A stretch of DNA of 63,537 bases, filler included, from Octopus bimaculoides (Eukaryota): the NCBI RefSeq assembly GCF_001194135.2. It is 7 parts of 5 records of this genome, joined end to end, with 100 filler letters (N's around TTAATTAATTAA, not from the genome) between each part and the next. Parts side by side here need not be neighbours in the genome. Positions count along the whole stretch, not along the records: positions 24,240 to 27,101 come from NC_068982.1; positions 27,202 to 38,673 come from NC_069007.1; 5 more parts are not named here. One strand, written 5' to 3'. A program made the position numbers and the translations under genes. The notes under the pieces were generated by a model, which was not told the origin of the DNA, ran no database searches, and saw only the letters and a program-made list of their open reading frames with translations. Position 1 is the stretch's first letter. Each line of letters opens with the position of its first letter. Below, in pieces: positions 26,401 through 37,670 of this stretch.

Positions 26401-27201
26401 AGATATTTATATGGGTTCATGGCTAGATGATGGCACGTGTCTCTCCTTTCCCCACGCAGTGCAACTGGGGGAACGCCACGTATCAACAGTCAGTGCAATG
26501 TATTAGAGCCAGAGATCACCTCTGCGGGTGGTGGTGGTGGGGGGGAAATGATTGACAATTTAGATGAGACGATGATAATCCTAGTCATGACTGATTTAAG
26601 CCAACATGGGTGGTCCACGCGCATATCAAGGACCTTTTTCCAGTCTTGTTCTCTCTCACACAGATGAAATTTACTGCCATCTGAGTGAAAGAGACAGACA
26701 GACAGACAGACAGACCGACAGACAAACAGACAGACAGAGACAGAATCAGAAAAGCGGTGAAAGTCAGTACTGCACAACTCTAAAACCTAAAGAGGAGACC
26801 CACCACATTTCTAGATTTCATTCCTTGATTTCGTCTGCACATGTTAACGGGCATTGTTGTTTTATCCTATCAATTGTCATTCGAGCGTCCGGTACTATCA
26901 GGCATGCTACTCGAGTCTGTGAAACTGCATGCAATGCATTTGTAAGCCATAAGTGGTGATACAAATATTTACACATGAAAACGTGGGATGGGTACTGGTT
27001 TCTTTCGGTCTGTGCACCCACCAACTGGTCTACTTTTCTTTATCGCTCTCCCTCTGTAAATATATAAGGTAGTTATATATATATATATATATATATATAT
27101 ANNNNNNNNNNNNNNNNNNNNNNNNNNNNNNNNNNNNNNNNNNNNTTAATTAATTAANNNNNNNNNNNNNNNNNNNNNNNNNNNNNNNNNNNNNNNNNNN
27201 N

Positions 27202-27241
<40 letters not shown>

Positions 27242-27641
27242 ATATACACATATGTACATACTTTGTTTCCATTTTAATGACTATACTAAAATGTTTGTAA
27301 CTATAAATATGCTGGTTATTAGAATTTGTCTCAAATGTGTCTTCAGGGTTGGTGGTAGTGCCAGAGATTCCATTGCAAGAATATAAGCTGAAAAAAAAAT
27401 AAAGATTTAAAACTATTTTTAGAAACATTTGAAAAATCTCCTTGTATGTTCTTTTGTGAAGCAAGTCTTCTGTTTATTGCAATTTCATCACTGTTCATTT
27501 TGTCTTTCTGTCTGTTTGTCCGTCTATCCATCCATTTATCCTTCATTCCATCTGTCTGTCCATCCATTTATGTGTCTGGTTATCCACTTGTCTATTTATT
27601 TATCTGTCTATCTATCTATCTATCTACTTATCTATCTATCC

Positions 27642-27689
<48 letters not shown>

Positions 27690-27831
27690 ATCCATTTATC
27701 TATCTATATTCATCTATCTGTCTGTCTATTTATCTTTCCATCTATCTATTTATCTCTCTCTCCCTCTGTCTGTCTCTTTCGATCTATCTATCTATCTATC
27801 TATCTCTCTGTCTGTCCAGCTATCCACTTCT

Positions 27832-28042
27832 CTGGGGCCTATGGATAATTTCCAGAGATCCCTGGCTTGGCAATGCTATCGAGACGCACTACCAGTTCGA
27901 GAGAAGATCTACAGACACGGTTCGAAAACCACCGGACCGACCTGCCCGAGATGCGGTCAGAGCGACGAAACCGTTCTGCACGCACTCGTGCAGTGTCCAG
28001 ATATTTCAGAGCTGTGGACCTTCGTCGAACGGCTGTTGTCGC
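27832..28042 (+). mobile_element. L1/Tx1-clade LINE ORF2 C-terminal zinc-binding (zf-RVT-like) fragment, running into a gap
   Basis: MDNFQRSLAWQCYRDALPVREKIYRHGSKTTGPTCPRCGQSDETVLHALVQCPDISELWTFVERLL shows W...R..LP, CxxC and ET..H....C...W. The frame is open, and the sequence is GC/CpG rich. Confidence 0.85.
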
Positions 28043-28668
28043 NNNNNNNNNNNNNNNNNNNNNNNNNNNNNNNNNNNNNNNNNNNNNNNNNNNNNNNNNN
28101 NNNNNNNNNNNNNNNNNNNNNNNNNNNNNNNNNNNNNNNNNNNNNNNNNNNNNNNNNNNNNNNNNNNNNNNNNNNNNNNNNNNNNNNNNNNNNNNNNNNN
28201 NNNNNNNNNNNNNNNNNNNNNNNNNNNNNNNNNNNNNNNNNNNNNNNNNNNNNNNNNNNNNNNNNNNNNNNNNNNNNNNNNNNNNNNNNNNNNNNNNNNN
28301 NNNNNNNNNNNNNNNNNNNNNNNNNNNNNNNNNNNNNNNNNNNNNNNNNNNNNNNNNNNNNNNNNNNNNNNNNNNNNNNNNNNNNNNNNNNNNNNNNNNN
28401 NNNNNNNNNNNNNNNNNNNNNNNNNNNNNNNNNNNNNNNNNNNNNNNNNNNNNNNNNNNNNNNNNNNNNNNNNNNNNNNNNNNNNNNNNNNNNNNNNNNN
28501 NNNNNNNNNNNNNNNNNNNNNNNNNNNNNNNNNNNNNNNNNNNNNNNNNNNNNNNNNNNNNNNNNNNNNNNNNNNNNNNNNNNNNNNNNNNNNNNNNNNN
28601 NNNNNNNNNNNNNNNNNNNNNNNNNNNNNNNNNNNNNNNNNNNNNNNNNNNNNNNNNNAATAAAAAGA

Positions 28669-28704
<36 letters not shown>

Positions 28705-29942
28705 ACTCTGTCTGTCTATATGTATTTGGTCAATCTGTCCTGTCTTCCTACCTTCCCCCCCTCTCTCTCTCTCTCTCTCTCTGTTTGCCTATCTGTCTGT
28801 CTCTATTTTTACATCTATCTCTCTGTTTCTCTGTTTATCCCTGTCTGACCATCCATTTTCCCCTCTCACTATCACTCTATCCATCCATCCCACATTCTGT
28901 CCCTTCTGTCCATGTGTATGTCTCTCTATCCATATATCCATTTGTCTACCTGTCCATCTATCCTGCCATCCTTCCTTCTGTCTCTCTATATATCTGTCTG
29001 TCTGTCTGTTTATCCATCCATCTATCCACCTCTCCTTCATTTTTTCTTTTCCTTTCTTTCACATCATATATATTGTAATGTATTGTAATATATGTCGACC
29101 CAAGTATGTATATAACGTATGTCTGTATGTTTGTATGTATGTATGTAACCATTTGAGTCTGACAAGTTGCCTATGCAGCTAAGCGCTTTATAGGTGTGAA
29201 ACCATTGGTCACTCTCTGACCAGCCATAACAATCAACACTCTAAATATATATGTATGTATATGTATGTATCTACACATATGTATATGTATATAACTTTGA
29301 TAACTTTCGGCCAGTACAGGCCCAGTTCATGTCTAACTCAATAGCACTATATATGTATGTATAGATATGTATGTATGGATATGTATGTATGTATGTGTAT
29401 GTGTATGTGTGTGTATGTATGTATGTATAGGTATGTATGTATGTGTGTGTGTATGTATGTATGTGTATGTATATATATATGTGTGTGTGTGTATAGTGCC
29501 ACACCCTAACAGTTGAGGGAACCCGTGGAAGAGGTAGGCCCNNNNNNNNNNTTGATGACCAAACCAAGCCATGTAGTGTTCTTGAGCAAAACTCTTCATT
29601 TCATTTTGCCCCTGTCCACTCAGCTGCAAATGGTTAACCTTCTGATGGAATTAGAGATTGGCACTTCTTCACACTGCTGTCCTCGTCCATGGACACACAC
29701 ATATGTATATACTCACACACTCACACACATATATATATTTATTTACATACTCATATATATATTTACATACTCATATATATATTTACATACTCATACACTC
29801 ACACACATATATATATATAGCATATACACACATCAGAGATGTCTTTTCGCCAGATGTCTATGTACTAAGATATTTTGTTTTTGTTTCTTCTCTCAATATA
29901 TATCGCATATTAAATTTCAATATTTTCTCTTTGTTCTTTTAG

Positions 29943-29987
29943 ATATTCAGGCGTGGAGTCAAAAATGGAACAAATGGAGTAGATGAG
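29943..29987 (+). CDS. Candidate 45-nt microexon of the ERG channel gene (IFRRGVKNGTNGVDE)
   Basis: Polypyrimidine tract tattttctctttgttcttttAG (29941-29942) and donor GAG|GTGAGA (29988). Length is a multiple of 3, and the only stop-free frame is phase 0-0, compatible with the ERG exon. No recognised homology. Confidence 0.3.
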
Positions 29988-30280
29988 GTGAGATTCTGGT
30001 TCTTTTGTATTCTACAAAAAATGTTTCCTTTTCCTTTCTTTATTTCTTTATTTTTTTTCCATTGTCCCCGACTTGGGAAACCCAGGTCAATTGATCGACC
30101 CAAGTGATACAAGTCGAAAAGATTTTGAGGCCAATCCATCAGCCCGATGAAACAAACGTTGTGAATGGTTGGTTTTAAAGTGTAATAGCCAATCAGAGAT
30201 CATCTTTTAGGATATTTGTTTTTTGGGGTTTTTTTCCACAGAAGCTTACATAGGACAGCCTGACATCAACCTCACTGGAG

Positions 30281-30787
30281 ACTGAACTTGGTTTCCATGA
30301 TATGTGGGACATCACATGGATTGTAGGCAAACCACCTGTAGTTCTGGTTGTTGTTTAACTGGTCCTGGCAGAAATTTTTTCTCTCTGAGCAGAACCAGAC
30401 TATCCCCGACTCAACAGGATTCATCATCTTGTTCCGGAGCCAAGCAGTTCTCCTCGGCTTCAGCTGTCATAATTTATCCTTTGCAAAGTTCCTTATTCAG
30501 GGTCACTTTCATATAACCTATCTTTCTTGCCAAAGCCAACATTCCTTTGCTTGACTCTGCCATCACCTTGCCCTACAGCTCTTGTATAAATTCCAGCATG
30601 TGGATGCAGTGAAACTGTCTGTTGTGTCTCTTCCTGCTGGCTATGGGTTTGTAGTCTCTGCTGCAGTCGTCCATGTCGTGTCTTGCAGCCTTTACAATGT
30701 TCACAGAGCATTGAGCAGCAGACATGATGTTGGCATTTTGATGCAGGTGACTCTTTTCCGATGCCAATATGGCTTCCAGTCTTCCAT
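30281..30787 (-). pseudogene. Second, more diverged Tc1/mariner transposase relic (different subfamily)
   Basis: MEDWKPYWHRKRVTC / IMSAAQCSVNIVKAARHDMDDCSRDYKPIASRKRHNRQFHCIHMLEFIQEL..KGMLALARKIG / VWFCSERKNFCQDQLNNNQNYRWFAYNPCDVPHIMETKF parallels the 23035 element. Stops and frameshifts are present. Confidence 0.75.
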
Positions 30788-31288
30788 GTAAAATAACTTT
30801 TTCTCAACTTCAGCGTTAATCTTTATGTTCTCCAACACTATTGACTTCAGCAATACATAGAGAGGTGTTCCTGAAAAAGGAAGCATAAAAATTTGTCAAA
30901 TTTTACCCCATATTCTCTCTTTCTCCCTCTCTCTCTCTATATATATATATGTGTGTCTTCTGAAGAGATCTGCCAAACCATTTGGCACATCGAAATGATC
31001 GTAAATGACTCATTATATAATCTCCACATAATTAAATCAGTGGCTAACTAGCCCAATTGACTTGCTTCTTGTGTTTGTTTCTACATTCTCCACATAATTA
31101 TAATTATAAACTGTGGTTTAAACAATAAATTACCTGCCTCTGGATACCTTCTAACGAAGACGGTACCCACACAAGTAATTTCCAGGAGTGCCTTCGGATT
31201 TAACTATCCCCTGGTTGCTTAGATACTCAGACTACCCCTGAAATATTGAAGCAATCCTATCATTTACCTATATATATATATATATAGC

Positions 31289-31442
31289 TTTCTTTTATTG
31301 TTTTAATTGTTTCAGTCATTTGACTGCGGCCATGCTGGAGCACCGCCTTTAGTCGAACAAATCGACCCCACCACTTATTCTTTGTAAGCCTAGTACTTAT
31401 TCTATCAGTCTCTTTTGCCGAACCGCTAAGTTACGGGGAACG
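31289..31442 (-). mobile_element. SINE family B tail
   Basis: tgtttcagtcatttgactgcggccatgctggagcaccgcctttagtcgaacaaatcgacccc...gccgaaccgctaagttacgggg. Confidence 0.85.
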
Positions 31443-31913
31443 ATGAATATAAGTATGTATGCATATATTACATATATATATGTGTGTGTGTGTGTATGAA
31501 TATAAGTAAATATATACTTATATTACAAGTGTATATACAAATATACATGCTCACACATACGTATACACACATATATATTTATATGCATATATGTACATAC
31601 ATATGTGTATACACTTATACATGCATATACACATTATATATATATTCATACTCACTCGCAGAAGATATATAATTGATTTCTATAGAAATTTACTGAATTT
31701 TGGAATTAATTTCAAAGAATAAAAACATTTCATAAAGCAATTTCCATTTTATATTTTCAATGTTACCATTTTTAGAAGAATGTACTTTTCTCTGGAGTTC
31801 ATTTCATTATTTTTTTTTTCATTCTTTATTTTTCTGTATCTTAATATAGCTTTTAATTATCATCATCATTATCATCACCATAATCATCAACATTATCATT
31901 ACTATTTTTTTTA

Positions 31914-32384
31914 AAGGCAGGGAGCAGGCAGAATCCTTAGAACGCTAGACAAAATGCTTTGCGGTATTTCACCCATTGCTACATTCTGAGTTCATATTCC
32001 ACCGAGGTCGACTTTGCCTTTCATCTTTTCAGAGTCAATAAATTAAATACCGGCTGAATACTGGGGTCGATGTGATTGACTGTCCTCCTCTCCACAAAGG
32101 CCTTGTGCCTATAGTAGAAAGGATTGTTATTATTATTATTAAGGTGGCAAGCTGGCAGGATCGTTAGCACACCAGGCAAAATACTTAATTGTATTTTGCC
32201 CATTGCTACATTCCGAGTTCAAATTCTGCCGAGGTCAACTTTGCTTCTCATCCTTTTGGCGTCAATAAAATAAGTACCTGTTGAACACTGGGGTCGATGT
32301 AATCAACTCTACTCCTCCCCCCAAATTGCTACCCTTATGGCAAAATTTGAAACTGTTATTATTACTATTATTATTATTATTATT
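31914..32384 (+). mobile_element. Head-to-tail pair of SINE family A copies (31914-32140, 32141-32384), each ending in (TTA)n
   Basis: Both begin aagg(c/t)(a/g)g..agc(a/t)ggcag.atc, contain ttc(t/c)gagttca.att..gccgaggtc(g/a)actttgc and end in TTA repeats. Confidence 0.88.
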
Positions 32385-32658
32385 CAGTAGTTTTATTTTT
32401 ATAACGTGCTTTCACTTCACTACCGAGCGCAGCTCTGTGCGCCTTGGGTATGTGCTGTGGTTTGCTGTGATGCTCTTATGGTTACTGTATTGAAAGTGTT
32501 TTGCGTAGGATGTGTGCAGTGTCCAGTAGTGCAATTTTCTGTGTTATATATATCTGTAAGTCCTGGTGTTTTTGTTATGTATTTGTCTGAATATTTTTTT
32601 ATTATACCTAAGGCACCTACTATGATAGGAATTGTTTCTGTTTTTAGATTCCACATTC
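32385..32658 (-). mobile_element. 3' end of a second R4/Dong-like RLE retrotransposon copy
   Basis: Minus strand MWNLKTETIPIIVGALGIIKKYSDKYITKTPGL plus a 3' UTR matching 6090-6370. It ends at the (TAA)n tract; the 5' part runs into a gap. Confidence 0.85.
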
Positions 32659-33462
32659 NNNNNNNNNNNNNNNNNNNNNNNNNNNNNNNNNNNNNNNNNN
32701 NNNNNNNNNNNNNNNNNNNNNNNNNNNNNNNNNNNNNNNNNNNNNNNNNNNNNNNNNNNNNNNNNNNNNNNNNNNNNNNNNNNNNNNNNNNNNNNNNNNN
32801 NNNNNNNNNNNNNNNNNNNNNNNNNNNNNNNNNNNNNNNNNNNNNNNNNNNNNNNNNNNNNNNNNNNNNNNNNNNNNNNNNNNNNNNNNNNNNNNNNNNN
32901 NNNNNNNNNNNNNNNNNNNNNNNNNNNNNNNNNNNNNNNNNNNNNNNNNNNNNNNNNNNNNNNNNNNNNNNNNNNNNNNNNNNNNNNNNNNNNNNNNNNN
33001 NNNNNNNNNNNNNNNNNNNNNNNNNNNNNNNAGTGGTGCAGAGTGGAGAGGTGCATGGTATGGTGCAGGGGTTCGATAGATTCGTTGCTGCAGTAAGTAG
33101 CATGGTAGACAGTTTTAAGTGTAAAACAGTGTTTTCTGAAATTATAAGATGTCGCACATTCCATTAACTTTGTCCCTTGGCGGTAGTCAGACGAACGATG
33201 CTCCACCATTCAATTAATTATACAGCCTTCCACTCCCCATAGCCACCCCCCACTGCCACCCCCCACTGCCACCGCCTTCACTGTTATCTCCGTATCTCCT
33301 CCGTGGGTGGGTTTTATATATTTATAAACCTGCTCTACCCTTGTCTCCCTCTTTCTCATTGCTTGAGTGACAGGGTTTGCATTCATTTTAATTGGATGTT
33401 TCACACACACACTCACATATACACAGGTAAATGCACACATACAATATGCATGTGTGTGTATG

Positions 33463-33494
<32 letters not shown>

Positions 33495-34637
33495 CACACA
33501 TATATGTATAAACACAGAAGCACACACAATATTCAGTACTATTTTTAAGTTTGTGAACACTTTTGTGCAAAAAACAAGAGCATCATATAATGTGTGTGTG
33601 TGTGTATAGATAAATATGTGTATTTGTATGCGTGTATGTTTATATGTGTGCATTTATATATATATATATATATNNNNNNNNNNNNNNNNNNNNNNNNNNN
33701 NNNNNNNNNNNNNNNNNNNNNNNNNNNNNNNNNNNNNNNNNNNNNNNNNNNNNNNNNNNNNNNNNNNNNNNNNNNNNNNNNNNNNNNNNNNNNNNNNNNN
33801 NNNNNNNNNNNNNNNNNNNNNNNNNNNNNNNNNNNNNNNNNNNNNNNNNNNNNNNNNNNNNNNNNNNNNNNNNNNNNNNNNNNNNNNNNNNNNNNNNNNN
33901 NNNNNNNNNNNNNNNNNNNNNNNNNNNNNNNNNNNNNNNNNNNNNNNNNNNNNNNNNNNNNNNNNNNNNNNNNNNNNNNNNNNNNNNNNNNNNNNNNNNN
34001 NNNNNNNNNNNNNNNNNNNNNNNNNNNNNNNNNNNNNNNNNNNNNNNNNNNNNNNNNNNNNNNNNNNNNNNNNNNNNNNNNNNNNNNNNNNNNNNNNNNN
34101 NNNNNNNNNNNNNNNNNNNNNNNNNNNNNNNNNNNNNNNNNNNNNNNNNNNNNNNNNNNNNNNNNNNNNNNNNNNNNNNNNNNNNNNNNNNNNNNNNNNN
34201 NNNNNNNNNNNNNNNNNNNNNNNNNNNNNNNNNNNNNNNNNNNNNNNNNNNNNNNNNNNNNNNNNNNNNNNNNNNNNNNNNNNNNNNNNNNNNNNNNNNN
34301 NNNNNNNNNNNNNNNNNNNNNNNNNNNNNNNNNNNNNNNNNNNNNNNNNNNNNNNNNNNNNNNNNNNNNNNNNNNNNNNNNNNNNNNNNNNNNNNNNNNN
34401 NNNNNNNNNNNNNNNNNNNNNNNNNNNNNNNNNNNNNNNNNNNNNNNNNNNNNNNNNNNNNNNNNNNNNNNNNNNNNNNNNNNNNNNNNNNNNNNNNNNN
34501 NNNNNNNNNNNNNNNNNNNNNNNNNNNNNNNNNNNNNNNNNNNNNNNNNNNNNNNNNNNNNNNNNNNNNNNNNNNNNNNNNNNNNNNNNNNNNNNNNNNN
34601 NNNNNNNNNNNNNNNNNNNNNNNNNNNNNNNNNNNNN

Positions 34638-35207
34638 ATGTTCTCCCACAGGAAATTCCAATTATCTCCTCTATGCAATAAGTCTCTTATTCCTCCTCTC
34701 TATCATCAAATACATCAATTAAAACTTCTCTAAATTTCTGATTGTTTGCTAGATTTTTAACTCTTTAGCATTCAAATTCCTTTCTCAAATGTAATTCTTA
34801 TTTATTCCCATTGTTTGGAACTAATCTGACATTGTCTCATAGCTTTGACAGTTCTCTTCCACCTCCTTTCTTTCAACCATTCCAAGACTGTCTCTCTTGC
34901 ATTTATGGCTCTGTCTGTCTCACTGTTCCATCATTGCATCTCCTTCAATCAGGCTGGAACCTTGTACCAGTCACAGACTAGTTCCATAGCTCTCAGCAAG
35001 TCATCTCATAGGAATTTCCAGTCGTCTTCTCTGCTATTACTCTCTAACTCCTCCCTCTCTATCATCAAATACATCAATGAGTACTTCTCTAAATTTCTGA
35101 CTCTTTGCTAGATTTTTAACTCTTTAGCATTCAAATTCCTTTGTCAAATGTAATTCTTATTTATTCCCATTGTTTGGAATTAATCATGCATTATCTCATA
35201 GCTTTGA
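34638..35207. repeat. Local 359-bp-period direct duplication including the left end of the adjacent MITE
   Basis: ctctctatcatcaaatacatcaat...tgctagatttttaactctttagcattcaaattcc...ctcatagctttga occurs twice (CTCTTTAGCA at 34761 and 35120). Confidence 0.9.
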
Positions 35208-35545
35208 AATTTTGATGATGTGATTCTATATTTCTGGAATGACATTACAGGTTAGGAGTGAGAAGCCAGATCTGGCTAGTTCGAATATAAAACAGACACA
35301 ATATTTTGGCTGGATGTAGTTGAATCAAACATTTAACGTTCAGATTACGCTGTCAAAAGTAATGCTTATTTATTCACATTGTTCTGAATTAATTATTCAT
35401 TATTTAATAGCCTTGTGATTTTGGTGATGTGATTGCTCAGTTTTGGAATGATATTGTTGGTTAGATATGAGATCAGTTCTGTCTGGTTTGAACATAAAGC
35501 AATATTTTAATTGGATATAGCCAGTTTAAATGCTAAAGGATTTAA
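35116..35545. mobile_element. piggyBac-type non-autonomous element (MITE)
   Basis: TTAA-CTCTTTAGCATT (35116-) and AATGCTAAAGGA-T-TTAA (-35545) form degenerate terminal inverted repeats with TTAA target sites. There is an internal two-unit repeat. Confidence 0.65.
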
Positions 35546-35627
35546 ATTCCAGGTATGTGGATACATGACAAGATAGGTTTGTCCTATGGATTTATGAAAC
35601 TTTGTCATATGGAACTGAGTCAAACTG

Positions 35628-36000
35628 TTATTACCTCCGCCTTAGCGAAGGTGGAGGTATTGTTTCAGTCATGTTTGTTTGATTGTTTGTCCATGGATAA
35701 GATATCTCAAGAACTGCTGAATGAATTTGAATGAAACTTTCAGGGATGTTTGGCCTTGTGACTCACATGAAGTGATTAGATTTTGGGATGGATTGATCCA
35801 GTATCGGACAAGGATTCTGGATTATTTTTCCAGTTTTTTTACTTAATTTTTGAGAGCGGTCAGGTTCATTTTTAGTATTCCTGTTTGTGAGAGCAGTCAA
35901 GTTTATTTCAGATATTCTCATTTTAAAAATCATCTCTGGCTAATCGTTGAGAGGACTTTGGTATTGCCTTGGTGGAGGTTTGTGCTCTCTGAATGCACTT
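35628..36000 (+). mobile_element. Non-autonomous Helentron-associated element (HINE/DINE-1-like), apparently complete
   Basis: 5' ACCTCCGCCTT-agcg-AAGGTGGAGGT hairpin (35633-35658), a (GTTT)n tract, 3' subterminal inverted repeat CTTGGTGGAGGT (35968-35979), a GTGC-loop-GCAC stem (35982-35998) and terminal TT. This is the architecture described for HINEs. Confidence 0.75.
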
Positions 36001-36366
36001 GTTTGTTTTTGTGTCTTTATTCATAACAAAATCAATTTTAACATAACTTTATNNNNNNNNNNNNNNNNNNNNNNNNNNNNNNNNNNNNNNNNNNNNNNNN
36101 NNNNNNNNNNNNNNNNNNNNNNNNNNNNNNNNNNNNNNNNNNNNNNNNNNNNNNNNNNNNNNNNNNNNNNNNNNNNNNNNNNNNNNNNNNNNNNNNNNNN
36201 NNNNNNNNNNNNNNNNNNNNNNNNNNNNNNNNNNNNNNNNNNNNNNNNNNNNNNNNNNNNNNNNNNNNNNNNNNNNNNNNNNNNNNNNNNNNNNNNNNNN
36301 NNNNNNNNNNNNNNNNNNNNNNNNNNNNNNNNNNNNNNNNNNNNNNNNNNNNNNNNNNNNNNNNNN

Positions 36367-36429
<63 letters not shown>

Positions 36430-36464
36430 ATATATATATATATGTATGTATGTATGTATATATG

Positions 36465-36740
36465 TCTGTGCACACCTTTCATTGCCATGTATACCAGAAG
36501 GTCTGCAAATCTAACAGAGGCCTCAAAAGACATTTTAAGATCCACAAACATCAGAACTTATCTGCAGCTCTTGGTGATCCAAATCGGGTGTGCAATCTAT
36601 GTGGGTATCTTTTCAGAACATTGTCTGATGCTTCTAAGATGTAGGTACAGGAGGTGGTCAGACCCTGCATAAGGAGTAGACAACCATCCAACCCATCCCA
36701 GTATGGAAAGTGAACGTTAAACGATGATGATAATAACGAT
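36465..36740 (+). mobile_element. LINE relic: decayed C2H2-type zinc-finger tail plus RTE-like 3' end
   Basis: FHCHVYQKVCKSNRGLKRHFKIH..VCNLCGYLFRTL, followed by ccatccaacccatcccagtatggaaagtgaacgttaaac(gat)n, the same 3' end seen at 60784-60915 and ~55120. Confidence 0.55.
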
Positions 36741-37025
36741 GATATATTAACTACTAACCTGAGCAAGCAAATTCATTCTTTTGACTATTACTAGTCAAGA
36801 GATCACGAAGTGGCACAAACAGGTGACTTTTGGAATGTTTTAAATGTGTAATTCATGTTTATTCACCTTTTAAAATCCGTTTTTTTCTCACATGATGTTA
36901 TATTTCTGTTCATCAATTAAAAAGTTTGTTGGAAACAGCTGTAGTGAATGAACCATTATCCATCTGTTGTTATACATATATATATTTACATATTTTTTAT
37001 CATTACTGTTTTTCTGTTTTTGCAG

Positions 37026-37457
37026 GTACTTTCTCTTGGAGCTGACGTCATTCCAGAGTACAAACTGCAATCATCTCGCATCCACAGGTGCACAATTCTT
37101 CATTATTCTCCGTTCAAAGCTGTTTGGGACTGGATTATACTTCTCCTTGTGATCTACACAGCAATATTTACTCCCTATGTTGCAGCTTTTCTTTTAAGTG
37201 AGGAACGTAAAAAGGAAGCTTATCAGAGCGTGCAAAACTCTTATCAAGATCCTCTCACCATTATAGACCTTATTGTCGATGTGATGTTTATCATCGACAT
37301 TCTTATCAACTTCCGTACCACGTATGTCAATAAAAACGATGAAGTAGTCAGCCATCCAGGGAAAATTGCTGTTCATTATTTTAAGGGTTGGTTTCTCATT
37401 GATGTGGTGGCTGCCATCCCATTTGACTTGTTACTGTTCGGTTCAGAAACTGATGAA
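37026..37457 (+). CDS. KCNH2: Internal exon of an ERG-subfamily voltage-gated K+ channel (KCNH2/6/7-like): proximal N-terminus and S1-S3
   Basis: Acceptor ttttctgtttttgcAG (37024-37025), donor GTAAGT (37458), 144 codons, phase 0-0. [51 protein letters not shown]...[64 protein letters not shown] closely matches hERG V377-E519 as I recall it, including the voltage-sensor acidic residues. The specific vertebrate paralogue cannot be assigned. Confidence 0.97.
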
Positions 37458-37582
37458 GTAAGTACAAGCATATATGCATATGTGCACATACTTGCACATA
37501 CTTGCACTACACATATGCACATAGATACATATGTATGTAGATACATACGGATATATACATGCATAGAAATAAAATACATGTG

Positions 37583-37615
<33 letters not shown>

Positions 37616-37629
37616 TACACACTTATGTA

Positions 37630-37670
<41 letters not shown>

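Noticed and set aside
26437-26667. 76-aa ORF with acceptor-like ctctcctttccccacgcAG
   Set aside because: No convincing donor and no homology; the polyG comes from a (GGT)n repeat.
30701-30886. ORF MLPFSGTPLYVLLKSIVLENIK... as a host gene exon
   Set aside because: Its 3' half is the start of the decayed Tc1/mariner transposase; the rest has no support.
33032-33200. Unique block beyond the gap as a continuation of the R4-like element, or a Penelope endonuclease end
   Set aside because: Translations do not match the expected CCHC region, and the resemblance to GIY-YIG C-termini is too weak to call.
36780-36828. CAG|GTGACT just upstream of the ERG exon as the possible preceding exon
   Set aside because: The phase-0 frame reads QEITKWHKQ, unlike the conserved ..EKV(T/A)Q, and the acceptor is poor. 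The true exon may be in a gap such as 33674-34637.
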